DNA from: Mustelus asterias
Lineage: Eukaryota
DNA length: 64,000 nucleotides
Direction of reading: 5' to 3'
Assembly (NCBI RefSeq): GCF_964213995.1
Contig: NC_135815.1
Coordinates: 33,046,001 to 33,110,000, forward strand
The notes beneath the pieces are model-generated. The model worked only from the letters and a program-made list of their open reading frames with translations. It was not told the DNA's origin and did not search any database. The translations under genes and the position numbers were made by a program. Shown in pieces: positions 62,505 through 64,000 of the stretch; the stretch's first letter is position 1, and each line of letters starts with the position of its first letter.

Positions 62505-62727
62505 ATAAAGGCAGAAAATTTTGGAAAAACTCAGCAGGTCTGGGAGCATCGGTGGAGAGAGAAAACAGTTAATGTTTCATGTCCTTGTAACGCTTCTTCA
62601 GAGCGCAGAAAGAGTCGTCTGGACTCGAAACGATAACTCCACAAATGCTGTCAAATCTGCTGAGTCTTTTCAGCATTTTGTTATTAGTTCAGATTTCCAG
62701 CATCCATAGTAATTTGCTTTGATTATT
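62505..62727. mobile_element. Head-to-head Penelope pseudo-LTR palindrome with 11-bp TSD
   Basis: ..CTCAGCAGGTCTGGGAGCATC..AGTTAATGTTTC..CTTCTTCAGAG | ..AGAGTCGTCTGGACTCGAAACGATAACT..ATGCTG..CTGCTGAG; TTGGAAAGTTA at 62494-62504 and 62728-62738. Confidence 0.85.
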
Positions 62728-63032
62728 TTGGAAAGTTATCTTCCTTAAGGATTAGCTTTTCTAAGTTTTGGCAAATCTATCACTGAAGTTAGTTAAAATT
62801 CAGTAAAATATATATTTTTTTTATTCACTAGATCCAACTGTTAAATTATGCTCAGTGTTACATGTCCAGAATTGTCTTTTTACCTTATTTAATTCTGGAC
62901 AGTTATAAACAGAATTGTTAAAAATCATTCACAATATGTTTTGTGCTGAAAAATGCCATCATGCCATGTAGATCAACAGTTCCCTTTTAAATAAATCAGT
63001 ATTAACACTTGCTCAGTAGGACAGAACTTCAA

Positions 63033-63996
63033 TATTGCCAAAAAAAGACATGCTGCCAAAGCCCTGCACTCATCAGAACAGACAAGAATGCCAAAGTTCA
63101 AAGGGCACAACAAATTATACTATGAGAAAAGGTACTATTTGTTTGGCAAGTTGTCTCTGATTAGTTAAGGCATCACCATAGAGAATGCACCAGGGAACTC
63201 TGTGTCCCATGCATTTGTTTAATTTAAGATAGGTGTAATGTCCAGACATATTATTTTTGCCTCCAGAGCAGAGGTCTCTCTGCACTTGAATATATATAGC
63301 TTAGAGCAGGAGCCATATATCAAACTCAACAGATAATTTTAAATTGGTAGTCAATGTAATTCTGCGCATACTCGGGATTGTTCAGCAAGTGCTGTCCAAT
63401 TGTGTAATCACATCTAACGTTAGACATGATGTTCTGAGTTTTGCAATCATGGGCTAGCACTTTCTACCTCCCACCCAAATCTCAGTGCCGATCTAATGCC
63501 AAGTATGGAAGCCATTAATCCCAACAGCTGGCGAATCATATCAAAAAGCATGTCTCTTTGACTGTTCAGAACATGCAGAGTACTGACCATACTCAACCAG
63601 CCCATTCTTGCAAAATGCAGAACATGTGATTACATGACCTAATGGCACTTGTTGAACAAGCCTGGGTGTGCTCAGAATTACGTTAAAAAACAATTTAATA
63701 TGAACAGTTGGGATCACAATGTGACTCATTTATGCTTAGTAGAAGCTACATATATTCATATGCATGTGTAGGCATTTTACTTTTTTTTGAATTAAAATTA
63801 AGCGCATGGGACAATAATTTCCTGGTGCACTCTCCAAGGCAATGCCTCTATCAATCAGCATCAACTTACCAACCAAACAGCACCCTTTTTTCATGTAGTA
63901 TAAATTGTTACTCCCTTTGAAATTAGGCATTGTTGCAACTAACCTGATGAGTACAAGATGAAAACCTTCAACAGCATGTCTCTTTTCTCAGCAATA
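63033..63996 (-). mobile_element. Second Poseidon-type Penelope-like remnant between inverted pseudo-LTRs
   Basis: TATTGC..AAAAGACATGCTG..CACTCATCAG at left and CTGATGAGTACAAGATGAAAACCTTCAACAGCATGTCTCTTTT..GCAATA at right; minus frame VRCDYTIGQHLLNNPEYAQNYIDYQFKII. Confidence 0.8.
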
Positions 63997-64000
63997 CAAT

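Noticed and set aside
1-64000. CRISPR arrays, operons, bona fide tRNA genes
   Set aside because: Vertebrate DNA with no repeat-spacer arrays; tRNA-like A/B boxes all belong to SINE heads.

Overview
Eukaryotic DNA, almost certainly from a shark, judged by abundant HE1-type V-SINEs, SacSINE1-like DeuSINEs and elasmobranch-type CR1 LINEs; all identifications are by eye and no database was searched. Two complete protein-coding genes lie on the + strand: intronless TBCC (28579-29625) and three-exon peripherin-2, PRPH2 (38787-39367, 39829-40075, 48723-48962; 355 aa). A CpG island at about 12.9-16.0 kb appears to fire leftwards and has a candidate non-coding exon. An AU-rich minus-strand 3'UTR-like tract starts near 60.8 kb. 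By vertebrate synteny these two may belong to BICRAL and UBR2 (inference only; no coding exons seen). The rest is nested transposon debris: CR1 (one very young 2.45-kb copy), L2-like, Rex1-like, Tx1, Gypsy, SINEs, 3-bp-TSD TIR elements and an 18S rRNA fragment. The most interesting signals are (i) three families of Penelope-like elements whose termini carry minimal hammerhead-ribozyme cores, repeatedly inserted as head-to-head palindromes, some non-coding and with their own TSDs; (ii) a SINE tail that appears to supply the branch point of PRPH2 intron 1; (iii) a fold-back junction that captured 18S rRNA sequence.
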